NCBI RefSeq assembly: GCF_009914755.1
Contig: NC_060927.1
From: the human T2T-CHM13v2.0 reference genome, Homo sapiens
Reading direction: 5' to 3' (one strand)
Length of the DNA stretch: 64,000 nt
Shown here piece by piece: positions 28,516 through 38,708 of the stretch. The notes under the pieces are model-generated. The model ran no database searches. It saw nothing but the letters and a program-made list of their open reading frames with translations, and had not been told where the DNA came from. Every line of letters starts with the position of its first letter. Within the stretch, counting starts at the first letter, position 1. The position numbers were made by a program, and so were the translations under genes.

Positions 28516-30899
28516 CACACACACATCATGGAATACTACTCAGCCATAAAAAGGAACAAAATAATGGCATTTGCAGCAACCTGGATGGAGTTGGAGACCA
28601 TTATTCTAAGAAGTGAAGTAACTCAGGAATGGCAAACCAAACATCATATGTTCTCACTTATAAGCAGGAGCTAAGCTATGAGAATGCAGTCATAACAATG
28701 ATATAATGGACTTTGGGGACTTCAGGGTTAGGGTTGGGTAGGTGAATGATAAAAGACAACACATTGGGTACAGTGTACACTGCTCACATGGTGGGTGCAC
28801 CAAAATCTCAGATCACCACTAGTGAACTTTTCCATGCAACCAACCACCACCTGTTTCCTAGTTTTGAAATAAAAATTTAAAAAAAGAAAATAATCCATGT
28901 ATCCATTTTAGGAATGTGACATAGTTAGCCTAGAGTCGTAGAACATAAAAAGAACACTTACAATTACAAGACCAAAACAAACTATATGATTGCGTATAAT
29001 GTGCAAGTATTAAACATGTCTGATCTTTAAACCTAGTAAATTATTTCACTTTTCCTGGTTGTCACAAGCCATATGGTAGTTAAATCCAAAAGAGAAAACA
29101 AAGGCACAGAGGGTGTATAGTCAATCTGTACTTCCAGTCATATTAAGGATAAATTTGCATTGTCACTTAAATGACTAGGTTGATCGTCACATAATTAATA
29201 ATTAATATATAAAAATGTTCCACTTACATTGCACAGTTATAGGCTCTGTCTTAAAATTAAGATTGAAGAAAATAAAATAATATAAATTATTTTGTGAAAG
29301 TAATGTATGATAAGTTGGTGGTAGCTCATTCTGTCTTCATGGTTTATTCATTTTATGTAATTGAAAAATTTTCTTCAGGGTATCATGTATTTAATTTTTA
29401 TTCAACCATAAACTGAAGCAGTCAGGAGCAGCAGCTGTTTTACTAAGCAGGGAGATATTTTATGGGTATTTTTTTCCTCCTTTTTTAACCTGTAAGAAGT
29501 TTTACCTTCCCAGAGAGAGTGGAAGTGGAAGTAGTCATAATAACAATTATAAATGCAATTAAGGAAGTTTATTTACTTTTGACCAGACATTTTAACATAT
29601 AGCCCCTACCATGTCTTTTACAATGTAAATATATACTTAGTGTTGTTAACAAATTACTAATGAAGTAAAAGAAATAAACATCAAATAGGAAAGACTCTCT
29701 CATGCTGAAATAAATCTCTCTGTCTTTCATTTTATCTATCATCTATCTATCTGAAGGTTTTTTCCCAAGTTCATGTGAACTGACGTTGGAAAACAAGAAA
29801 ACAGATTCTGTCTTGATATTTTCCAGTCCTAGACTTTGAGAATTCATTCATTCCTTTAAGAGATGATTGATCTATTATCACTTAGTTCCTTATAGTTGCC
29901 TTTAATCTTAATGAGTTGGTAACACAGTGATTGGGATGGTGTGATGCCCCATGATTAAGGCCATGGTTTGTTACTGATGATAGACGTTATTTATCTCTGA
30001 CTCTTCTCTCTCATAGATACTATCATTTGCTAAGTGCCTTTTACAGAAACCCTACAATGACTTTCATAGCAGCCCCTCCTATTTACTCTCAGGAACATTA
30101 CCTTATTTGAAAAGCTTTCTTTCTCATCCGACTTACTGTAATAGAACTCTGATAATTTTATCTCCACATTTCCATAAATAATTAAAATTAAAGCATTTCT
30201 ATTCATTTTGGTGAACTAGTTTTAGGAAGAGCTCTCATTTTATTCCACTCTAAAGCAAAAACTACACAAATGTTAATGATTTTCCATAACCAACTCAAAA
30301 GTACCCATAAATCCTAACAACAATTCAGATATTTCATGATTTGTTTCCCAACCAACCTGTTTATTCTTAGGTCATGTAATTTCACCTTAATTCCCCTGGA
30401 GTCCAGCCAAACTGAAAGGTAGGAAGAATTATGTTACCTAAACTCACCAGACTTGCTAGACGAAGCAACTTGCTCCAGAAACTCTGTAAATCTTAATGAC
30501 TAATGCCCATACCAGTCGAGTTGAATACTTACCATGAGTCAATTGTGTTTGTTCCCAAACCTGTTTGTCATTTTTACTTATTATTGTAAATAATAAATTG
30601 AGATATATAATGCTTTATTGTTGAGGAGAGCAGAGGGGAAAAGGCCTGCCACTGAAAGCCATCCCTTACATGGGTTTCCAACTCAATTTTATACCATCTG
30701 TGTGCTCCAGAAAACCTCAAAGTATCCATTTAAATTAATATGTCCTTTAGTTAGATATGCTCCAAAATATCTGGTAAAAGCAACATTAATCCCTTCCAGG
30801 GAAACCTACCATAATATTAGGCCAAAAATAATTTCCCTAAATAATTTTCTAATAAAATTGAATAGCTAATAGTTAAAAATTTTAGCACCAAGGAAACCA

Positions 30900-31190
30900 G
30901 TCACCACAAGTGAGAATATCACCCCCCAAAAAAGGCAACAGAATTAGAGAGAAGACACTAAAAATGTGTATTTTATAAAAATTTATGCTTACTACTATTT
31001 AGAGAAATAAAAGACAAACTTGAAAATACAGGAAGAAAACGAATAACTATAAAGTTTTGTTGCACAGATTTGCAAACTAACCAAATGGAGTTTTAAAATG
31101 TAAAAGAGAGTAACTTAAAAGCTCAATGGAATAGTAAGGCTGCAGACTAGAATATCTCTAGCTAAAGAGAGATTTAGTGAACTGGAATTT
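30900..31190 (+). mobile_element. Ancient L1M/HAL1 ORF1-like fragment
   Basis: A-rich sequence with actaaccaaatggag, gctcaatggaa and agctaaagagagatttagtgaactggaa, resembling the L1 ORF1 coiled-coil region. Confidence 0.5.
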
Positions 31191-32384
31191 TCATTTTTAT
31201 AGACTCAACAGTTGTAGAAAAGAGGAAGGAGAAAAAAGCAGAAAAGAAAAGAACACACATTACTTAATAACTTCAAAATTATACCATTTATCAAACTGGA
31301 ATCCTATTATAAGTCTTCCATATCCCATGCTGATAATTAAAAGAAATACTGCCTATCTTGAATTTCTGTGTTGAATAGAATGTGTGAGGCAGGTCCAACC
31401 AACTTATAACAAGTTAATTCTTACATGAATCTATAACCCAAATTTCTGATAAACAATTGACTGCACCACTTCAAATAAACTTTTCTCCTTGTCTTATTAG
31501 ATAGGAAATCTTTGCTCCAAAATTAATTTCCCATCAGTTCCATAGGTATGCCATTCTAATCACAACCCCATTCTCTGGCTTGATCAATGTCTGTGGTGCA
31601 AGATTTGTGGCTGTGGCTACACGAAATGGTTTAAGAGTAGTTTCCAGCAATGATCCCTCAATATTTTACCAAGTCGATTGCCTTACATACTTGTATAGTT
31701 TCCATTGTACTCTGCAGATATCTACTTGGATTTCAATTTATGAAATAAAAATTGAATGGTTGAAATACATTATAATGAAGGAAATTTGAGCCTATATTTA
31801 GCAACCAGCATAAAAACAATCATATAATATTATACATATTACAATTTAAAGTGTCTCTGTATATGTAATATTTACAAAAATCATGAGAGGTAGACCGGGC
31901 TGAAAATAACATCTCAATTTTACAGAATGTTAAGTGGTTTGGCTAAAATCACAGAGATAATAATGGTGGAGACAAAAGAACAAAAGTCTTCTTAATCTGA
32001 ACTAAATTTTCTTTCTGTAATTTTCATGTTGCCAAGACTGAGATAAATCTTTTAGTTTTCTTTTTTTACTCTGGAAAGTGCCAGAAACCTCATCTCTAAG
32101 AGTCATTAAATCTCATTAATGTATTATTCATTTATTTTAATTTGAAATTTGTCTAAAGTAAAATATTATAAAACCAAAAAACTGATTAAACATGATAGTA
32201 TAGTTGAAGTTGTTGAATTTTTTAAGTTGTAAGAATTTTATACCTTAACTAAAGCAATTCAGAGACAGTTAAATTAATGAATTATGTTATAATTTATCAT
32301 CTTGAATGAGGAAATAATAAACATGTCATCATCATTTTCTTGTTCCAAAATAATTATTTAGGAAAATAATTCAACTTAACATTC

Positions 32385-32386
<2 letters not shown>

Positions 32387-32418
<32 letters not shown>
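32387..32418. repeat. (TG)n microsatellite, one interruption
   Basis: Seen directly in the sequence. Confidence 0.95.
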
Positions 32419-34254
32419 TTTTAATAAGAACTAGAATTAAACTGATAGTTATCTTCTGTATCTCTTTTCCTTCAGAAGTTTTTTTTGTTTTGTTTTGTTT
32501 TTTTAAAAAAAAAATGCAGAAGACCGCACACTTCTGGTGTTAGCTTGTTATGCTTTGATGTTAAACAAAGAGTTCCTGGCAAACAATTGCCACTTCTGGG
32601 TCACTAGTTCAAATGAGAATTGTACTCTCAGTGTCAATTGTGCAGCATTTGGTGATTCTTTGTTGTTCCTGATATAGTCTGTTTTCTACAAAACATCACA
32701 AGTTTAGTAGAAAGATACAGACCAGGGAATAAAGAGCAATATAACCTAAAGAATTTCTTGTTTCAACTTAGTTTCTGGTTATCAGAGCTACAAGTTGACC
32801 ACATTGCAACCCAGTTAAAGTCTTACAAACATCCTCAAAACAGTCAAAAAAATTTAGGGAAAGAAGAGTATGTTTCCAGGATTCATTCCAACAGTCTCAA
32901 AAGATAGATAGGAGCAGAGATAGAAGAGAAGATGGGTCAACCCTTAGGCTTCATAGAAAATGTGGGAGCAAGGTCACCCTGAACATTTGAGGCCAGGCTC
33001 TTTATAAACCTTGAATTTTTAATAGTAAATCCAAATCCTAATGTAGTTACTCTCAAAAATCTAATATATAAAAAAGAGAGAAAGAACAAATATATCTGAA
33101 GTATTTTACTGTATACCAGAATGTGTTAGGCTTATTTGATGTCCAAAATAAGATATTAGGTGTCTATTTGTAGCCGTAGTACAACAAGTTGTCGTTATTG
33201 TTTTTCACATGAGGAGGCTGAAGTTTAGAGAACTTTAATGCTTGCCAAGGATGATACATCTAGCAAGTTACAGGGCTCAAAATGCATGTTTAGACTGAAG
33301 CTTCACATTGATAGGAGTCTCTATATTCATTCCAGAATTAAAACAGAGACAAAATTCCCCTCAGAAGAGGAGCAAATATTTTAGTTTTCCACTTCTGCAA
33401 AGGTTATAGTGGTTAATTGGAGCTATTGGGCTTCCAACAAATTCTGGGGAAATGTATCACTGAAAATTTAGAGAGTGGAGAGCAATATTCTGGGAGGTTC
33501 TTGCCATACCTCATGTTGTTCATTATTTACAATTTTTAATTTAGGATTGGCCCAGATATTCAAGTCATGTACTGATCACACCATTCTTTTGTTTCACTTC
33601 CAGTGAAAAACTTCTTAAACCTAGGAGAGATCAACACCTGCAGTTCAAAGATTTTAGCCTTTAGTTTTTATGATTTTGAGAATCGTATCTCTAATATACT
33701 GCTGGGATTACCTCCTCCTCCATAGATTCTACTTTCACTTCCTGCAATGAATCTATCATACACTATTATATTGTCAGGTCATTCTAGGGGTTATCTACTC
33801 AACCCCAAAGTACTTTGGTAGCTAGTCTATTGCAGAATGCTGAGTTGTGCTACTTACTGGAAGTGAGCTTTTCATTTCTTTGGATTGATTCTCTATGTAT
33901 TACTTTCTTTCAAAAACATAATTACATGCATTCTTCTATCAGATTCTTAGTTGGATCACTTTCTCCTGCATCCCAATGTTATGATTCTATGTATTTATTC
34001 AACCCTCCTCTAAGCATCATATAATTACGAAGTAGAATTGCTAGCCCTTAATGTTATCAGCAAAACCCATTAGGTAATTTCTTGTTGCCTGAATTGCCCC
34101 TATCTCATTAAAGCAGCCTACAGCCTTTAATGATTCTTTGCCAGAATAGATAATGTGGTTAAAAAATGTAAGCAATTATACACAGAATACTCATTTTAAA
34201 ATGCCTATGATGTGCCAAACAATAAAACTCTCTACCTTTAGGAATATCGATTCA

Positions 34255-34830
34255 GTTTGATTCAATTTAACAAACATTTATTGGATGCCAGATGTATGTC
34301 AAAGCACTAGTCCAGGTTCTGGGGATCTACGGATAAATAATATACAGTGCCCAGTCTCAGGGAACTCACACTATAACAGGAAAAACATAAAAATTAATGT
34401 GGAAATAACATGATAAGTACCATAGGAGAGCTACACAGGAAATATTATGAGACCACAAAAAAGAATCAATCAAGTTGACCTTTAGGGGGCATTGAGTAGC
34501 AAGTACTTTTATAGGCAGCCTAGAGGTGGTTATTATATTTGACTTCTAAGGGTAAATGGTTGCTCACTAGGAAGGTAAGAAGGAAGAAAGAAAGGAAGCA
34601 AGGAAGGAAGGAAGGAAAGGAGAGAAGGAGGGAGGGAGAAAGAAAGGAAATTCTAAACAGAGAAAATAACAGGAGCAAGAGAATGAGAATGTAAATGTAG
34701 CCAGGATGTTTTGTAGGTGATTGGGTCACTGCACTGGCAAGAGAGGAAATTAGAAAAAAAAAAAAAAAATAGAACCAACCATTAAGGGCTTTGAATGCCA
34801 CAATAAAGCATTGGAAATTTATTTCAAAGG
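34255..34830 (-). mobile_element. LINE-2 3' fragment with internal GA-rich simple repeat (34570-34650)
   Basis: attcaatttaacaaacatttattggatgcc...gcactagtccaggttctggggat is the antisense L2 3' end. Confidence 0.75.
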
Positions 34831-34834
34831 TGAC

Positions 34835-35281
34835 CGTATTAGTTTTCTATACTGCATAAAGATTTACCACAAACTTAGCAGCTTAAAGCAAAATTCATTT
34901 GCTATCTCACAGGTCAGAAGTATAGGCATTATTTAGCTGGATCTTCTGTTAAGGACCTGAAAAGCCTGCAATTGACATGTTAGCTAGGGTTTGATTCTCA
35001 TCCAGAGGCTCAACTAGGTAGGCATCTTCCTCCCCACTTGGGTGACTGTTTCTTGCTTTTTCAAAGTCTGCAAGGAGAGAGAGACTCAAGCAAGTCTGAT
35101 AATAAGACAGAGTTTTATATAACATAATGGAAACGCAGGAAGAACATCCCATCATTTTTGCTATATTCTATTTGTTAAAAGCAAGTCACAGTCCCACTGA
35201 CCTCAAGGGGATGGAATTATATGAAATTGTAAACTCCAGGAAGTAGGGATCATGAGGGTCATCTTAAAGTTTGTCCACCAC
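34835..35281 (-). mobile_element. MLT1 (E/F-like) solo LTR
   Basis: gtattagttttctat...accacaaacttagcagcttaaa at one end and gggtcatcttaaagtttgtccaccac at the other. Confidence 0.8.
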
Positions 35282-36084
35282 GGACAATGAGTGTTTTTTT
35301 AAGCAGTGACATATAATACCTATGCATAAGAAATAAGCTAGTGTGGAATTGTGAATAGTGATTTGAAGGTACAGAGAGACAAAAACAGATACACTTATCT
35401 CTTTCATATTTTCTACCTGGTGAAGTAACTTTTTCTATGAAGAATAGTTGTGTTATTTTTCTTCCAAAGAACAAAAAGACCATAAGCTTCCTGAGATTTA
35501 CTGAAAACACTGTCCCCTTAGAAAAGAAGAAAAGAACAGTGCCTTGGAATGACTAACAGTAGCCTTCCTTAGAAAAGGAAGGAGCAGAGTAGAGGACCCA
35601 TTGTCCTGATGAATGGGACAAAATTAGATTCTTTTATGTTTCAAGGGTTTGAAATAGATTCCCTGGAAAGAAGCAAAGAAAGACTATGATAACAAGTCTT
35701 TGAGGAAACAGGCACCAAAACCAATTCTGACCTGGTTGCCCTTCCTTAGTCTACAGCCTAGGGAGGTGGTAGCGGGCATTTATTGAACAAAGAACTGCTG
35801 TGAAAGGGCATTATTCCTGGCTGAGGGAAAAGAGGGTGATGGGATAGTTAGCAGAAAACCCTGGTTTTACCTCTGCTGTTTAAGCATGACCTCTGGACCA
35901 GTTTCTAATAGCCACTTGTTTTGCTCCATGCTTACTTTGTGGGAGGTAGAATATATCTTCTCCTAGCAGCAGAAGATAACTTACTCACGCAACACCCAGT
36001 TTTCCTGTAAGTTCGTGTGCAGTTTCTCAGCCTTGGTTGCACAATTACAATCATCTTGAAAATACACATATTTTAAAAATATAA

Positions 36085-36401
36085 GGCCGGTGTGGTGGCT
36101 CATGCCTGTAATCCCAGCATTTTGGGAGGCTGAGTCGGGTAGATCACCTGAGGTCAGGAGTTCGAGACCAGTCTGGCCAACATGGTGAAACCCCGTCTGT
36201 ACTAAAAGAATTGGCTTTGGTCCCTGTTTCCTCAAAAATACAAAAATTAGCTGGGCATTGTGGCAGGCACCTGTAATCTCAGCTACTTGGGAGGCTGAGG
36301 CAGGAGAATCACTTCAACTGGGATGGGGAGGTTGCAGTGAGCTGAGATCGTGCCACTGCACTCCAGCCTGGGTGACAGAGTGAGACTCTGTCTCAAAAAA
36401 A
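36085..36401 (+). mobile_element. AluS (Sx-like) with a non-Alu insertion in its linker
   Basis: Dimeric Alu; the linker is interrupted by gaattggctttggtccctgtttcctc. Confidence 0.95.
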
Positions 36402-36403
36402 TA

Positions 36404-36420
36404 TAGATAGATAGATAGAT

Positions 36421-36466
<46 letters not shown>

Positions 36467-36487
36467 CAGATAGATAGATGATGGATG
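36404..36487. repeat. Compound (GATA)n/(GATG)n tetranucleotide STR
   Basis: Seen directly at the Alu tail, with GAT and GACA interruptions. Confidence 0.97.
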
Positions 36488-36797
36488 CCCAGTTTTCACT
36501 GGCAGGTGATCTGATTCAAATTGTCTGGGATAGACCCAGGCATTGGAATTTTATTGTTTTTTAAACCCTTTAGATGATTCCAATGTATATCCAGGGTTGA
36601 GAACCATTGTTCCAGAAAACTCTGATTACATGGTATGCTGGATAACAGGGTTTATCCTAGACTTGCTTATATTACCAACAGGGAGATTAGAGCTTGAGCT
36701 TCTAATTTGTGATGGTCGGTTGGGGTACTGATAAATTCCAACTGAGGCTGGGAAGGACACATGATAATACACTTCATATTGCTATTTTATGAATGAG

Positions 36798-37186
36798 CAG
36801 AGGTGGGCTGATAAATGTTTAATAATCAGACCTAATATACAGATTTTCCAATTTCCATGACATAAATCTTCCTACTATGGTAATTTTAAGCTATCAAACT
36901 GACATCACTGAATATGAATTTGGGAGAAGATGCATAGCAAGTGGCATATGATTATATAGCATTTCCGTAATACAGATACAATCAACAATAACTTCAAGAC
37001 TGTAGATAATAGAAAATGTAGAAGAAATAATTAGTTGTGATTATTTTCTTTCTTTTTATATAACTTACTTAATTTTAAGTTTATAGTATTTAACTTTTAA
37101 TACCAGTTGTGTTTAACAACTAACGATTCATGTAATTCTTAAAAATCCACCATGATGTTGTCTGAGTACGCTTCAGCACACTCTTG
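36798..37186. mobile_element. MER63-like hAT element
   Basis: Degenerate terminal inverted repeats cagaggtgggctgata... and ...ttcagcacactcttg, with internal aaatgtttaa and gtgtttaacaac motifs. Confidence 0.6.
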
Positions 37187-37563
37187 TATAAGCCAACTTA
37201 TATACAAGCATGACTCATATTTAAAATATTTAACAACCAGTTTTGCATGGGCACCAACCTATTAGAATGGATATTAGCCAACATGCCATAGCTGTGCCTA
37301 CAAGAATTCACGTGTCCAGAGGAGACATGCGATTCACGATTAACCTTCATATCTTTTAAGGTTCCTAGCCCACTGCCTTGAACATAGTAAGTGAACTCCA
37401 GTAGTTTGGAAAGACTAAACGCTGAATGAATAAATTATGCATTGGCAGAAGTGACTTCATAGTGCAAATATATACGTATATAGAAGTCTATTACAGAAGA
37501 CTTAGGTTTTAAAAAAGTCCCTCCCTCCTTTTATAGAGAATTTGTGTTTGGCTGAGAATTTTC

Positions 37564-37883
37564 TTTTTTTTTTTTTGGTGATTTTCTTTATATATATATA
37601 TATATTTTATTATACTTTAAGTTCTAGGGTACATGTGCACAACGTACCATACATATGGTACATGTGCACAACATACCATACATACATACATACATATGTA
37701 ACAAACATATGTCTACATGTGCCATGCTGGTATACCCAAAGGATTATAAATCATGCTGCTATAAAGACACAGGCACACGTATGTTTATTGCGGCGCTATT
37801 CACAATAGCAAAGACTTGGAACCAACCCAAATGTCCAACAATGATAGACTGGATTAAGAAAATGTGGCACATATACACCATGG
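37564..37883 (-). mobile_element. Short 5'-inverted (twin-primed) young L1PA insertion
   Basis: PolyT plus antisense L1PA 3' end at 37564-37730, then a sense ORF2-end segment at 37731-37883. TSD TGGC(T/C)GAGAATTTTC at 37549-37563 and 37881-37895. Confidence 0.93.
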
Positions 37884-38469
37884 CCGAGAATTTTCATGCA
37901 GGACAAGTAAACAGTATTTCACCTATTCCTTTACCTTAGTGATCCTTTTTTCCTTATGTTGAAATTCTACATTGGAATAGATGTCCATCCCACTCTCCAT
38001 GCTCCAGAAAGTTGTTCATGCTACTCTCAGTCTGCCAGGCCATTTCATGCTCTATCAGACTTTTGTTTATTTCTTCTTAGTACTCGCTTCTCTTGATTTT
38101 TTTCCCTTTGATGTGCCCTTACCCTCTCAGTCACCTAGGGATCACCTACTTTCAAACTTTTATACTCTTCTTGACACCTGTGATTAGACTGGTTACATTC
38201 TCCCCTGTGCCTCCACTGAGTGCTACAGAACACTAACACATTATCTAACACTTTATTAGGTTTAATTATTTATATGTCTGTATTTGTTCACATGTCCTTC
38301 CCTGCCCTTGGGGAGAATATGAGCTTTGGGAAGGCAATATTGCTTTTTCACATTTCCTTTTCCTATTCTTCTTCAGTATTCCTTGAGAATTTCTAAATCC
38401 CACTTATCCCTTTCTAGGGCTTAGACTCTTTGAAAGCTGAGGAAATACCCCTATCTATCCCTATACCAA

Positions 38470-38708
38470 AAAGTATAGTGGACTTCAGAGCCAGACTGCC
38501 TGGATGAGAATTGAAGCTCCAGCATTCACTACACATGTAATTTAAAATCAATTATTTCCATCTGCCTCAGTGTTCTCATCTGAAAAAATGGTGTTAAAAA
38601 TGTACCAATCTCATAGATTGTTAAGAAGACTGAATAAGTCAGTTTGTATATATGTTTATTACAATGTCTGGACCATCATAAGCATACAATTAATATTAGC
38701 TATTATTA
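38470..38708 (+). mobile_element. MIR
   Basis: ggacttcagagccagactgcctgg...tctgcctcagtgttctcatctgaaaaaatgg...attagctattatta. Confidence 0.85.

Larger units (their letters stand above)
21991..28883 (+). mobile_element. Full-length decayed LINE-1, L1PB family
   Basis: Perfect 15-bp TSD AAGAAAATAATCCAT at 21976-21990 and 28884-28898. GC-richer 5' UTR, ORF1 remnant (FYPAKLSF...KSFSDKQMLREFTTTKPALQE), ORF2 endonuclease start (ttgaatgcaaatggcctaaatgccccacttaaaaga), and an L1PB-type 3' UTR (cattgggtacagtgtacactgctc). Both ORFs have many stops and frameshifts. Confidence 0.96.
36020..36609. mobile_element. MER5B-like MITE interrupted by an Alu and (GATA)n
   Basis: Left part cagtttctcagccttggttgcaca...ttttaaaaata; right part gatgcccag...tgattccaatgtatatccagggttgagaaccattg. 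Confidence 0.75.

Noticed and set aside
28723-28745. GGGTTAGGGTTGGGTAGG, telomere-like or G4-like
   Set aside because: It is the mutated G-rich tract of the L1PB 3' UTR, with only one true TTAGGG.
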